NCBI RefSeq assembly: GCF_036321535.1
Contig: NC_087436.1
Span: forward strand, 28,336,001-28,400,000
Direction: 5' to 3'
DNA length: 64,000 nucleotides
Source of the DNA: Camelus dromedarius
Lineage: Eukaryota
Below are positions 41,991 to 56,559 of this stretch, one piece after another (the first letter of the stretch is position 1; each line of letters opens with the position of its first letter). The position numbers and the translations under genes were made by a program. The notes below the pieces were generated by a model. It saw only the letters and a list, made by a program, of their open reading frames with translations. It ran no database searches and was not told the origin of the DNA.

Positions 41991-44754
41991 AACGGCTGTA
42001 GGGTATGCATCTACTAAACCTTGGACAGTTTTCATTATTTATATCTAATTTTTAATTTCAGTATTTACTAGATATTTCGTTTCTGCTTTTAACATTTGCT
42101 TACAAATAGTTCTTAAAATTCAGTTTTCTTCCTACAAATCATTTTCAACACTTGAGTCAAACTGGTGATTTTCCTCTACCTCAAGTTGTATAACCGTAGG
42201 GAATAAATTGTGTGGTATATTCTGTATAAAACTGAATTCACTTTTGTTTGGTAGTGGGACTTGTGTTTTTTACAAGCAAGGAGGTCTAAATGAGGCATCT
42301 ACTGAAAATTATAACTGAAAACATCAGATTCACCTTACTCACCCCAATGAGTTTCCACCAAAAATAGTTAACAACAGATTACAAATGGCCAAGAATGTTT
42401 TAAAATAAATCTACATTTAATAAAGTATTGGTTTCTTGAGTTTTAATTTAAAGTAGTGTAAACCAAATATGTTTTCATGCATGTTAGTTAATATTTTAGA
42501 ATTGTACCACCAGAGGGAAGGAACTCTCAATTTATTATGTATATCACCAACTAGTGTGATATTCTATATAAAGAATTTTTTAGAAATAGTTCCTACTCAC
42601 AATGTAATAGGTAAATCTTGAGAAGAATCTAAAAAGTTAGGTACCTACAAAATGGCCCCAATAATGTAACCAGAAATGTAAGTCAATGGGTACTCAGTTT
42701 CTTTCCTAAGGGATTTATATTAGGTCTTTTAGTATATTAAAATGGTAAGAATTAACACAATTGGACCTACCCAAACTTCTCAACATATTTTTTCTGTATT
42801 ACACAAATGTGGTATAACCGTCACACATTTTAACCATGCAACATATACAAACAAACAAAAAACAGATGTATGTAAATTCTGAGTTACAAATTTGTGAATT
42901 TGTTAAAGTCAGATTATTTTGCAAGTTTGTTCAGAGGAAATATTTATAGCTACTTGTTGGTTTTGTATCATGGTCATGTGTTATCTTAGCGTTCACAGAG
43001 GATGCTTTTAACAATACTGAAGTTCCCCTGAGTGAAACAATTGAATCTATAAGCAAGAGAAGAAAAATGATCTTCTTAGTGGCATTCTTTGCCATAGTAG
43101 AGAAAACTCGTAGCTTCTGAGAGATATTGGCAGTTTGTACAATGATATCACATCAGATTTTGTTAACCCATCTGTATTTACATCACCTTAGATATTAAAA
43201 ATATCCCCAGTTTGAAGTTCTGCCAAATACTAACAGCATATTTGAGTTCCAAAGGCAATATCACTGAAATGGTGGATGTTATTATTAATTTTTTTTTGCA
43301 TAAAGTGAATAAGGGTCATGATTCATTGTGTTGTGTGTGCTTATGAGTTTTTTTAATTGGTATTTGCAATGGAATTTTCTTATCTCAGGAAACCATATCT
43401 GACAGTCTGTAGTGAATCACAATTTTGATTTAGATTTCATTTCATCTTTGTACATGTGCCAGTGGCATACCAGTGCACCACAATTTTGACATATTGCCAA
43501 TTCTAGTTCCTTGAAGTTAAAGTAAGCCTTTATAATTGTAATTTCAGCAAATCTTTGTTAATCAAAAAAGTGCTTCAGTTTGAATGCAAGCCAAATCTTA
43601 GAATTATTTTGACACATCATTATTTTACTGAATTACCAAGGGAGGTGTTAAAAATGGTAATCTAGCATTATCCACTACTTTATTCACTAATATTTCATAC
43701 ATAGTACTTATAATAAGAGACATTTGTATTGTACAGATTACAACTGGCAAAAAGCAAGTGGTACTGAAGTTATATGATAATCTCATTTTATTTTAATATT
43801 TATTTTTATTTTAACCAAATTATATTGCGAATGTGATCATGTCATTCTGCTTAAAAACCTCCCATAGCTACCCACTACTTTTAAAGTCAGATATAAATCT
43901 TTACTGTGGCCTAAGAGACCGGCATTTTTTGGTCCTTATGTATCTTTTAGTCCTATTCTTATGCTACGATTTCCCTTGGTCAATGGGCTGTCAATAAATT
44001 GTTCTTACTGCAACTCCTTTAAAGTGTCAACCTAATCCCTGCCTCACTCATAGCTTTAACTTTTTATCAGATAGTATACTGTCAGTTGCAAGGGGTAAAA
44101 GAAGTCTTATAACTGGTTTATGAAAAAAAAAATGTTGGGGGGATTAATTGCCAGATCAAAATAAGTAAAAGATCTTCTTTTCAAAATGGAAGTATTTTTT
44201 TCTTTTCTTTTTTTCTTTTCTCCTTACAAAGGTCAAGGAAGGCTCCCCATACACTGTTATACTACAGAGGCAGCAGTACCTTTTTTGAAATTAGACCACA
44301 AGGCATAGTGTTGTAGGGAGAAAAAAAAGCAAGTCTTTTACAAAAGGTCAGGGAGGCTCACCTTCAAACAATTAGAATGTTATTTTAATATTATTATTAT
44401 TATTATTTTAAATAACAGCTTATTTTCCTCCCTGCCTATGCTTTTTCAGGTTTTAGGAAATAGAATAGATATTTTTCAGTGGGCGATCTGATAATATTCT
44501 AGCTGGAACATGTGATGGAAACTGTCCTGCCTTTGTAAGAGAAAAAGCAAAAAAAAGTCATATGTCCTTAAAAAGATAAAGTATAGGGTAGAGAAACAAA
44601 TTCAGTAGCAAATCACTGCATTTAAACAAAATCTATTATTAGAAATCAGCTTGGGAAGAGCAAACATAGCAGAATAGACCTAAGAAAGTATGGCCAAAAA
44701 TGTTTTTGGGGAAATCTACATATTGATGGATTTTTGTTTAGTTATTTTGTTCTT

Positions 44755-46020
44755 TAGAATTTATATTAAAATATAATATACACACAGAAAATATAGAAAT
44801 TTTGAGCATATAATTTGATGAATAATACAAAAATAATTATGGTTCGGTAACTACCACTCAAATCAAGAAACAGAATATTTCCTAGATCCCTCTAACTCCC
44901 TCCCAATCACTTTCTTATCACACTCATTCAAATGTAACTTCTATCTTGACTTTAAACTCTAAAGATTAATTTTAGGTACTTTGAACTGTATTCAAATTGA
45001 TTCATAAAGCATACATCTTCTTGTGTCACTTTCCCTCAAGATGTTTTAGTGAGATTCATATATATTATTTAGTGCAGGAGTAAAGTGTTCATTGTCATTA
45101 TCATATATGATTCTGTTGTGTGACTATACTACAAATTATTTATCCTTTTACCATGAAAGGACATTGAGCTGCTTCCATATTGAGACTATAATGAATAATG
45201 CATCTTCGAAAATTATCATAGATATCCTTTTTGATTGAGTTATAAATCACATAGCATAAAAGTAACCATTTTCAAGTGTGCAGTTCAGTGGCTTGTAGTA
45301 TGGTCAAAAGGTTGTGTGACATCACCATTATGCAGTTTAGAAAATTTTTATCACTTCAAAAAGAAACCTCATCCAGACATGAACAGTTACCCCCATTCTC
45401 TCCTCCTTCCAGCACCTGGCAACCATAATCTAATTTATGTCCCGAAGGCTTTGCCTGTTCTGGACATTGTATATAAATGCTTTCATACAACTTGTGACCT
45501 TTTTTCTCTGGCTTTCACCTAGTCTAATGTTTCACAGTTTTGTCCATGTTGCAGCATGCATCAGTACTTAATTCCTTTTTATGCTTGAATAATATTTATT
45601 TGTAAGAATACACCACATTCTGTTTATCCATCACCATTTGTTGGACATGGGTTTTTTCCACTTCCTGGATCTTATAAATAATATTTCTGTGACTTTTGTG
45701 TACAAATTTTTGCATGAATATGTATTTTCAATTCTCCTAAGAATACTCATAGACAAAGGTATATTCTCCTTTTTTTTTCATAAATGTTACCCCTTAAAGA
45801 CTCAACTTTGGTTACATTAATTTTCCCTATTATTTTTCAATTCTTTCCTTTTTACTGTGTTTTGCTTATTTCTGCTTAATCTTTATTATTTCCTTCCTTC
45901 TGCTGGCTTTGCGTTTAGTGTACTCTTCTAGTTCTAATTTCTTAAGGTGAAAAGATAAGTTATTCATTTGAAATCCGTCTTCTTTTTTAGCATAGGCATC
46001 TATGGTTAGACATTTTCCTT
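44755..46020 (-). mobile_element. Stacked antisense L1 fragments (L1ME/L1MB-like)
   Basis: 'cctggcaaccataatctaatttatgtc...ttgcctgttctggacatt...tccatgttgcagcatgcatcagtactt'. Confidence 0.7.
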
Positions 46021-46299
46021 AGGTATGTTATGTAGAAGAATGAAGAAGCAGGATGGAGAAGGAAAACTTAAGGAAAGTTATCTGTAGTTCCAGACTAAGT
46101 CTGGGAGTTCTGGAATAAAATAACATCTGCCCAGAGGCAGCAGATCTGAACTTTTGTACTTCTCTGGCCCAGGTCATTAGATACATGTTTGCCTCACTGT
46201 CTAATAGTAATTCTCTGCCATGCCCAGTAACAGAAATTAGCTGCAAAGCACACAGTAACTGAGGAGTGGGAAGAAAACTCTGTTAAAAAAATCTGAAAT

Positions 46300-49200
46300 G
46301 TTCTAGTCTGTCATGTAAAGAGCTCAGAAGTTGCCAGTCCATTATAACAACAAGTAAAAGGTTGAGCACACTGAAAAATCAACAGCTTTTCTTATATCTG
46401 TCAGAGGAGTGAGGTTACAGGGAAAACTATTTCCCTAAACTTGTAAAGACAGAGAGACAGAGAAGCACAACGTACGAGAGCAGAAACTCACAAGCAGAAA
46501 CTTGTGAAGGAAATCTGAACTGTAGAGAAACCTGAACTATAATTGAAAAATTGCTGGAGGCTCAGTTTGGACATGCCTCAGAGATAAAAACCTCAGGGGG
46601 ACCCAGTCCCTGAGTAAGGTGGGTGGGTACATTCTTGTGTGTTTTACCTTCAGGAGCTTAATCAGGTTCTCACCGTAAAAATCCCATCATGCTTCCGAGA
46701 GTGGGAGGGGAAATGTAGCACTGAAGTAGAGCACTCTATTCTATTTAATGAGATCTGACCTAAAGAGAAACTATTTAATAAGAGTCTAACCCTTTGGGGT
46801 ATTATTAGAGCTTAACTGACTTGGGGAGGAGGAAATACCTAACTCCAGCCTCATCTAGCCATACTGCACTACTTTTGGGGGTGAAAAATTAAAAACAATT
46901 GAGAAAGCATTTGTAAAGTTCACAGCCCAGGGGCACAAACTTACTCAAAGACTGAGATCTAATCATAAGACTGGAACACTTCACATCCCACACCTTCTCA
47001 CTACATTACAAAAGGCCTAGTTACTGCTATTCCTTTTGCAGAGTACATTATGTCCACCTTTCACATACTAAAAGGCAAAATACACAGCTTGAGAAAGCAA
47101 AACAAGCTTAAATACCAGACCCAGAAATGGCAGGAATGTTGGAATTATGAAACTATTGATTTTAAAACAACAGTGATTAATATGGTAAGAGCTTTAATGG
47201 AAAAAGTGGACAACATACAAGAACAGATGAGCAATGCAAGACTAAACAGATAACATAAGCAGAGAGTTAGAAATGGTAAGACTCAAAAAGAAATGCAAGA
47301 AATAAAAAATACTGTAACAGAAATGAATAACACCTTTGATGAACTCAGTAGTAGCATAGACATGGTTGAGGGAAACAGAAACAAAAAAAAACTCTGACCA
47401 TGAGAACATGTCAATAGAAATTAACAAAACCGAAAAGCCGGTAAAAAAAATTTGAAAAAAAATGATAGAATATACAAGAACTATGGAAGACAAAAGGTAT
47501 AATATATGTGTTCTGGGAATACCAGAATGAGAAGAAAGAGAAAATAACAGAACAATCTGAAGTGATAATGACTAAGAAATTCCTAAAATTCATATCAGAT
47601 TTACTAAAAAGCTTCTGCACAGGAAAGAAAACCATTTAAAAAATGAAAAGGCAACCTACAGAGTGAGACAAATTTTGCAAATTATATATCTGATAAAGAG
47701 TTAATATCCAAAATATGTAAAGAAGTCATACAACTCAACAGAAAAAAATACCCAAATAATTCGACTTGAAAATGGGCAGACTGAAATAGGTATTTTTTAA
47801 AGAGGACATACAGATGGCCAACAGGGACAAGAAAAGATGTTCAACGTCACTTATCATCAGGGAAATGCTAATCAAAACCACAGTGCAGTATCACCTCACA
47901 CCTGTTAGAATGGCTACCATGAAAAAGACAAGAAATATCAAGGACTGAGAGGATGTGGAGAAAAGGGAACCCTTGTGCACTAATGGGGGAAGGTAAATTG
48001 GTGGAGTCACTACCAAAACAGTATGAAATTTCCTCAAAAAATTAAAAATAGAAGTACCATAAGGAGAAGAAAATGAAAAAAAGGTATACAGACTGAGATG
48101 GAAGAAATAAAATTGTCTTCCTTCACAGATTGCATGATCATTCATGTAGAAAATCTGAAGGAATTGACAAAAATATTCTTGGAACTAATAAGCGATTATA
48201 GCAATTGCTTGTTGTAGGTTACAAAGTTGTAGGATTGTAGGATACAAAGTTAATATACAAATGTTAATCAATTTCTTATATACCAACAGTGAACAAGTGG
48301 AATTTTTAATTAAAACACAATATTATTTATCTTCATTACCCCAAAATGATACACTTAAGTATAAATCTAACAGTCTATATAAGACCTATATGAGAAATAC
48401 TATAAACTCTGATGAAAGAAATCAAAGGTGAACTAAACCAATGGAGAGATATTCCATGCTCATAAATGGGAAGACTCAATATCGTCAAGATGTCAGTTTT
48501 TCCCAATCTTATCTGTAGATTCAATACTATCCCAGTTGTAATCCCAGAAAATTATTTTCTTGATACTGACATACTGATTCTAGAGTTTATGTGGTGAGGC
48601 AAAAGACCCACAATTGTGTACATAATATTGAAGAACAAAGTTGGAGGACTGACATTATTTATCATCAAGATTTACTATTAAGTTGTAGTAATCAGTACAG
48701 TGTGGTATTGGTGAAAGAATAGACAAAGAGATCAATAGAACAGAATAGAGGTCCCAGAAATAGATGCATATAAATATACCCAAACTGATTTTTGACAAGT
48801 GAGCCAAGGCAATACAATGGAGAAAAGATTTATCTTTTCAAGAAAGGGAGCTGAAACAACTGAATATCCAAATGCACAAAAGTGAATTTAGACACAGACT
48901 TTACACCTTTCACAAAAATTAACTCAAAATAGATCATAGACCTAAATGTAAAATGCAAAACTCTAAAGCTCCTAGAAGATGACACAGGAAAAAAAAATCT
49001 ATAGATGATCTTATGACCTTGGGTATGATGATGCCTTTTTAGATATAATTCTAAAGACATGATCCATGAAAGAAATAATTGATATACCAAACTTTATAAA
49101 AATTACATATTTCTGCCCTGTGAAAAACAATTTTGACAGAATGAGAAGACAGTCCACATAGTTGGAGAAAATATTTGTTAAAGATATATCTGATAAAAGA

Positions 49201-49920
49201 CGTATCCAAAATAAAACTCAACAAGAAGAATATAAACAATTTGATTTAAAAATGGGCAACAAGAAGAATATAAACAATTTGATTTAAAAATGGGCAAAAG
49301 ACCTTAATGGACACTTCACTGAAGAAGATATACAGATGGCAAGTAAGCATATGAAAAGAAGTTCAACATCATATGTCACTAGAGAATTGCATACTTAAAA
49401 CTACATACCTATTAGAATGGTCAATATCCAAAATATTGACAATACCAAATGCTCATGATGTATGGTAACAGTAACTTTCATTCATTGCTGGTAGGACTGC
49501 AAGATGGGACAGCTGTTTGGAAGACTACCTGGCAGTTTCTTACAAAACTAAATGTACTTTTATCATGTTCACCAATGCTTCATTTGACATTTACCCAAAT
49601 GAATTGAAAACTTATATCTATACAAAAGTCTGCACATTTATAGCAGCTTTATTCATAATTGCAAAACTTGAAAGCAACCAAGATGTCCCTTAGCAAGTAA
49701 ATGGATAAATAAACTGTGCTACATCTGAAGAATGGAATGTTATTCAATTCTAAAAAGAAATGACTATCAATCCATGAAAAAACATGGAAGTATCTTAAAT
49801 GTATATTACTAAGTGAAAGACTTCAATCTGAAAAAACCTGCATACTATATGATTCCAACTATAAGATGTTGTGGAAAAATTGAAAACTATGGAGATAGTA
49901 AACAAATCATTGGTTGGGTG
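46300..49920 (+). mobile_element. Composite decayed L1 (5'UTR/ORF1 ~46300-47600; ORF2 pieces and 3'UTR ~47600-49920, L1MC-like)
   Basis: ORF1-like FKTTVINMVRALMEKVDNIQEQM; RT 'ttcacagattgcatgatc' (FADDMI-like); 'ggaagactcaatatcgtcaagatgtcagtt'; many stops and frameshifts. Confidence 0.85.
49219..49297 (+). repeat. Perfect 38-bp tandem duplication
   Basis: caacaagaagaatataaacaatttgatttaaaaatggg x2. Confidence 0.95.
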
Positions 49921-51329
49921 AGTGAGAGCTCAGATTATGGCTTGTTTTTCTGCTGTTATCTGAAAACTTAATTTTTCACATTCAGATCTACAGTCTACCT
50001 GGAATTTATTTTTTGTTATGTTGTGAGTTCAGAAATGATGTCTCTTTCTTTTTTTCCTTTTAAACATCTAGTGGCTACTAGCTGAACTGATCATATCTTG
50101 GTGCATTTAAATGTAATACATACAGGAGGTACAGATGTCAATGATGTGAAAATCCTGAGAGGCATAAATATATATATATATATATATAAAAGTTAAGATA
50201 AATAATTCATGAAACAAATTAAACCAAATGAAGCATAACTATTGATATATTAGCTGACCAAGGATTTCACATCGCTGAAATACAATGGAGTAATAATCTG
50301 ATCTTGGATTCACTGGTCCTAACATATGTACCATAATTAATCAGCCATTAGTCTTATAGTACCTGCTAGGGGTGCACAATCTTGCAAGGGTACAAGAGAG
50401 AACAATGGAACAAAAAAGGGCAAAATGTTGGAAAGTGGATCAATTATGTTGCTAATGCAATGAACTGAATGAACAGGAAGTTAGAATTATGCAGAAAATA
50501 GAAATGGGGGAGGAAAGTATATTTTCAAGGTACAAATAAGTATAGTCCCTTCCATAGTAATCTTATAAATGTGTGAGGGGGTCCACCATTGTATTTTTAT
50601 ACTTCACTGGGTTTAGGAACATTAATTAAAGTAGCCAAGCAGACACACTTTAGGCTGGCAGCAGGATGGTGGTTGCTACATAGTTTTTCAATTTCCTTTA
50701 ATATCCAACCAAAATGGAGTAATTATGACCCCTTAGTAAACAGGTACCTGTGGAATCAGCATCTATGCAGAAATATTAAAAAGGAGATAAAGAGAGTTCT
50801 GAGAGCCTTGAAGTGGGGAAAGTGAAAATATTTATGTCTGCACTTCACATGAAATTTTGTCAGACCAAACGCAACTGACTCTTTAAGATGGAGCAGTTGA
50901 ATGGTTCACAGGTTTTGATTTACAATTGAATAGAGGGGACTAGTCAAAGGAGTCAGTTCTGAGGCAGTCTAGACCCTATGACTCTTGAAAGTCAACAATA
51001 AAATCTTCCTTTCTGACCAAAGTCATGCACTGAGGAAAAAAATCTTATGACTAGACTCTAAATTGAGCATGTTAGGGACATTAGGGCAAAGGAAACAAAA
51101 GCAACATATAAAAATAGAGGAAGACCACAATGACTAAAGATGTCAGAAAACATAAAGACACTAAAATTTTTTTCTGTGACATTAGGACAGGGAGCCATTC
51201 CCATCAAAACAGGAAGGTTATCCTGGTCTGTCCTCCCATGAAAACAGTAGGAAAACTCATTTTCCAAGACTAATTAACAAAGGTAAAATTTAGTCCCCTA
51301 CAGTGACTTTCTCAGAAAAAAAAGAGAAC

Positions 51330-51693
51330 AATTGCTATGACTGCCATTACAAAGTAAGACAGACTGGGTAGTTTAAACCAAAATTTATTTCCTTATAGTT
51401 CTGCGAGGCTAGAAGTTTGAGATTAAGCTGCCAGCAGGGTAGATTTCTTCTGAGACCTTTCTCCCTGGCTTGTACATGGTTGTCTTCTTTCTGTCTTTAC
51501 ATGGTCTTCCCTCTGCATCTATGTCCTAACCTCTTCTTTGTATAAGAACACGGGTCATATTGGTTTAATACCCACCCTAGTGACCTCATTTTACTTTAAG
51601 GAACCAATCCCTAAATATTGTCACATTCTGAGGTACTGGAAGTTAAGACTTGAACATGCAAATTGGGGGTGATGATGCAATTTAGCCCTCAAT
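51330..51693 (-). mobile_element. MaLR LTR MLT1A-like
   Basis: 'aaatttatttccttatagttctg...ggctagaagt...tctccctggcttgta...gtcacattctgaggtactgg'. Confidence 0.8.
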
Positions 51694-52020
51694 AATAAGA
51701 AACAGGATAACATTCTTACAATAAAAGCATGCTCAAAAGACATGCACAGAAAACAGATAAAAATTTTACCTTACTCTTGCAAAATTAACTAGAAGTTTAG
51801 AGAAAATGTTAGGAATTATGAAAAACAGTATCAATCTACGTTAGAAAAATCTAGAAATGAGATTGGACAAGATGATGTTAAAAGATGATGTAAAAAGGAA
51901 ATCTAATCATGTTAGACATGAGTGAATTCTAAGGGAAAAAAATACAGAAATGAAATTTAACCTGGAAGAAAAATGATAATAAATAACTGTGATAATGTCA
52001 AGAGGAAACCACATACAACA

Positions 52021-52045
52021 CTATCTATCTACCTACCTATCTATC

Positions 52046-52088
<43 letters not shown>
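52021..52088 (+). repeat. Compound (CTAT)n-(AC)19 microsatellite
   Basis: Direct inspection. Confidence 0.95.
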
Positions 52089-52089
<1 letters not shown>

Positions 52090-52091
<2 letters not shown>

Positions 52092-54030
52092 TACACAAAT
52101 GTATATACCTGGTACCTGGCAAAATCAACCTAGAGTGGATGACACCTAACACCACGAAATATCCTAGCAAAATTATTTTTCTTCAGAGCAAAAGGAAAAA
52201 CATTCTTTGAGCTTCCAGACAAAAAGTTCAAGTCACTTATAAAAGGAATACAATCAGATTGACATCAAACTTTTCAACAGTAACGTTTTGTGCCAGGAAA
52301 CCATGTAATATTCTAAGGAAAGAAAATATGATGAAAAGATTTTACATCCATCTAAATTGAACTTCTGATGTAAAGGCCATGGACAGATTTTAAGAATATG
52401 ACAGCACTCGGGGGCTATTGTTTCCACAAGTTTTTCCTGAGGAAATCTGCTAGACAATTACCTTCAGAAAATGAAAACTACTGAGGATATCAACTTGAAA
52501 CTAGTGAAAAACATTAGAAGTATATATATTTCTTTAAGAGAAAGTCCAAGTTGGGGTAGGGTATAGATCAGTGGTAGAGGGCATGCCTAGTATGGACGAG
52601 GTCCTAAATTCAATCCCCAGTATCTTCATCAAAAATAAATAAATATATAAATATAATTACCTTCCCCCCAAAAAGAAAAAATAAAAAGAGAAAATCTAAG
52701 TGATAGATATAAGGAAGATGATAAAGTACATGTGAGTTAAAATGCTCTGCCACTTTAGATAAAGCAAAAGTTGTTTAGAAAATTGAGAGTTTATAGAAAG
52801 TAGAATTAATTAATTGCCCTCAAGTATTAACTGAGAGTACAAGACATTACTTCAAAATGGATTTGGAGGGAAAGGGAGAGGAGGAGGAAGAAAATGTTGC
52901 TTGTTAAATTCAATATTGTTCACGGGGAAACAATGGACAGAATCTGAAAGAAGTGAGAAGACTATTTTAAAATATATTAGTATAAAAGTAAACATTAATC
53001 TTAAGCTACAAACCTTTCTAAATATTAAAATATACGAGAGAATAAGTGACCACATATTGATAAACCTCTGTGTGACTAAAACTTTAAAATATGAGATTAG
53101 AGTCTAAATATATTAATTACGTCAATAATTAAATGAGCTTAAATCACCAATAGAAAGATTTTTAATAGCTAACAATTATGCACTGTACAAGAGACAGATC
53201 TAAAAAAAAAAACCTTCAAAAGTGATAAAAAGTAAAAGGATACACTATTATGCACTTCTCAAATGCAAAGAAAGTAGAGGTTAAAATCTTGGTATCTGAA
53301 AAGATAAACTTTAAACCAAAGACAGTATAAAATAATGAAAATACAAGTTTATAAAGTTAAAAACAATTTTTCTCAGTGAAACTGTAACAGTCATTAATTT
53401 TTATGCAAAGAATGAAATGACTTATTCAAAAGCAGTTATAGCAGTGTCAAGAAATAAACAAAAATTATCAATAGAAATAAAATTGAATACATCTCTCTTG
53501 ATTCGAGGCAGATCAAATGAGCAAAAGTTTTGTAAAGACATGAAAGTAATGAACATTTGTTATCACTAACTTAGATTTTATATATTGAAATCTTAACCTA
53601 GATAGAGATACTACACTTTAGGTGCAAAGAAAATGTTCATAATAATTGACAGTTTTTATACCACAAAAAATACCTTCCAAAAAATAGAAATAAAACAAAG
53701 AGCATTCTCTGAACTATTTTCAATAAAACTAGAAACTTATAACTTTAATTTAAAATTGAAAAACATAAAGTCCTTCTATATAGATATTAACACACAGTAT
53801 TAACTCTTGTATGAAACTGGAAATAGACATCAAACTACGACACTTCTCAAAATTTTAACAGGACATATCAAATCTGGGATACAACTGAAGTAATTATCAG
53901 AGGAAACTTAATAGCTAAATATATATATATCAAAAACAATTAGAAAAATAATATGAAATAGTTAAATATAAAAATTTTTAATGTTAATTAAAAACCAACA
54001 ACAAGTTAAACCAAAAGAACTGGAGGAAAT
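52090..54030 (+). mobile_element. Ancient L1 (ORF1 3' part and ORF2 endonuclease region), interrupted by a SINE
   Basis: 'aagtcacttataaaagg...aatcagattgacatcaaacttttcaacag'; 'aatgagcttaaatcaccaatagaaaga', 'gcattctctgaac'. Confidence 0.6.
52552..52685 (+). mobile_element. tRNA-derived SINE (camelid vic-1-like), second copy
   Basis: 'gtatagatcagtggtagag...ttcaatccccag'; 16-bp TSD aagagaaa(g/a)tc(c/t)aagt at 52536-52551 and 52686-52701. Confidence 0.8.
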
Positions 54031-55296
54031 TGTCACCTACATTAAAATGTGCCTCAGGTTATTAGTACTAAAGCTGTGAATAAACAGAATCCCTACCCTC
54101 ATGGAGCTTTCTGACAACTTGGATAAAAAAAATCAGTTTAGGAAGGCAGGCTGTTTTCTTTTCTTCCCAAAGTTGCAGTCTTAAGGTACAATTACTAACA
54201 CAATATGGCCATGATTTGACTAATACAGATATGAGTCGTTAATATTGAAATATTTGAGATGTCTCAGCAGAGATAGTGCTTATCAGTAGCCACAAAATAA
54301 ATCACCCATTCTAACATAATTTCCTCATATTAATAATTTACAGTACATTTACATTATATTTCAGGAGAGTAAGTGTTTTTCTTTCCAGAATCTATTGAAA
54401 TATTTTTTCCTGTGTATCCATATTTGTAGGAACAATTTGATGGATATGATGGTTTCTGTTTGATCAATATTAATTTAAAGCTGCTGGATATCCTTGGAGA
54501 GCTAATCAAGAAGGTAGAAATTTTTCCGCATTAATGTTGTCAAGTGACAGTAGATTTAAGAGGTAATGAACATTATTTACTTAAAAAGAAAATGTTTTCC
54601 CTTATGCAATTACTGTTAGAGGAATCATTAGCTACAACAAAAGCTCTATGAGGCAGTTAAACATATGTCTCATTCTATAATTTATACTTCTTCTTAACAG
54701 TCTGTGATCCCTTGGGTCAAGATTACTTTAGAAATACAAAGAGAACCCTAAAACTAAATAATTTCTATTATAAAATGAACATGTAAATTATCTGCTAAAT
54801 TACTTGTACTTAATTAGTAATTTTGCATAATGACATACGTTCTCTTTGGGTCTCTCCAGACTCTGACAGATAACACTTTACAAATGTTACTTAAGTTCTA
54901 ATTACAACACAAACCTTGTAGAAATGTACTATTAATCTAAATATGCAAACGTGAGTAATCCTGGTATTCCTTAGGCAAACCATCATTCAACATTCCTCGA
55001 AAGGGTACCTTGGCTCATTCTGAAGGCAGTGATTCTGTTCCTGTTTCTCACACAAGCGCCTAAGGATGTCGATTTTTGTTAAAGTTTGTAAGTGGATAAC
55101 GCATTTTACAATTGTTAGAATCAGCTCATTTCACTTTTACTTTAGAAATGAAAACTACAGAACAGTTTATCTTCTGATGTAAAAGTTTTTTGGTAGTTAA
55201 CATTAAAATAGCCACTTTAAGACATGGCTGCTGCTAATCACACCAGGACAGTGTTCCAGTTGCGTTGTTTTAATCTTGTAGTTACTTTGTGCCTTG

Positions 55297-55399
55297 GACA
55301 TGGGATTCACTTAGCAGAGCAATACATTTAACTCAAATAATAGGAACTATGACATGAAATTCACTTAGCAGAGCAATACAGTTAACTCAAATAAAAGGA
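55297..55399 (+). repeat. 54-bp-period tandem duplication
   Basis: gacatg..attcacttagcagagcaataca.ttaactcaaataa.agga at 55297 and 55351. Confidence 0.9.
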
Positions 55400-56559
55400 T
55401 CAAAATATAAAATATATATTTAGTTAACAGATATTTATTGAGTGCCTACAGTGTGTCAGACTGTCTTGGGGATGGAGAGCAGTGAGGAAGGCAGACAAGG
55501 TTTCCCCTCTTTAAGACAGTGCAAATTCAGATTGTGTGTGAGCATAAGGGTGCGTGTTATGATTATAAGGGTGTATCTGTGTGTCAGGCAGGGGAAATAC
55601 ATGGATGACTAGAAGGACAAAATAAACAATATATAGTCAGAGTTTATAAAGTGATACAGGACAAATAAACTGGGTTTATTTGATAGACAGTGACTGGGGT
55701 AAGGTGACTACTTTAAATAGGGCCTAGAATTGCCTTCCATTTTGCACATAAATATAAAATAGATTTTACACAGCTTTCATGTACATTAAAGGTAAATAGT
55801 AGGTAAATTTGGGGGAGATTGAAATTTGCTTTGTTTGAAACTTAACCAAGAGTTGTTTAACATTGTGAAAAATCATCTTATCCTTGGTAATACAATTTAT
55901 GGTATATGAGTCATCAATACAGCCCCCACACTGATACTTGTATCAGTCTATGATTGCATTTGTTACAATAATGGTGATTTGAGATCTTAATTTAAAATGC
56001 TAAATATTAAGAAAAATTGTTTAAATTATTCTGTTGAATTTTTGTTGTTGAGATTTATCACTTCATTCCAAAACAAACATCATGAATATATTTAACTTAC
56101 TGACTTTTTTTCTAATTAAGCAGCACAAATGTTGAGAATAAATGCAAATTTTAAAAAGAAACACATTAACCATATAATTCTGAAATTTAAAGAAATTTTT
56201 TGAAAGTATTGTGCTGTCATTCGGATACTTAACTCTTAAACCCAGAACAATCAGGCTTCTTTTCTGTCTTATAGGGAGTACAAATAATACAAAATATGAT
56301 GAATTATACAATATTAGAGGAAAATTTATCTTACCAGCTGTAAGTTATTTGTTATGTTATGTAAGTTATAAGTTATGTGATAAAAGATAGTTCAAATGTA
56401 ATAGTTTATTTCTTTTTATTGAGAAAAACACTGTTTTTAGATTAATGAATAAGAAAGCAAAAGAAAATGAAGTATATAATAAACTGAAGTTACCATATGC
56501 ACAGTTCAAAAAGAATGAAAAAATAATAGAGGGGATGTCATTTAGAATAACAGGCTGTT

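Noticed and set aside
46300..49920. Active L1 or domesticated reverse transcriptase
   Set aside because: Many stops, frameshifts and rearrangements
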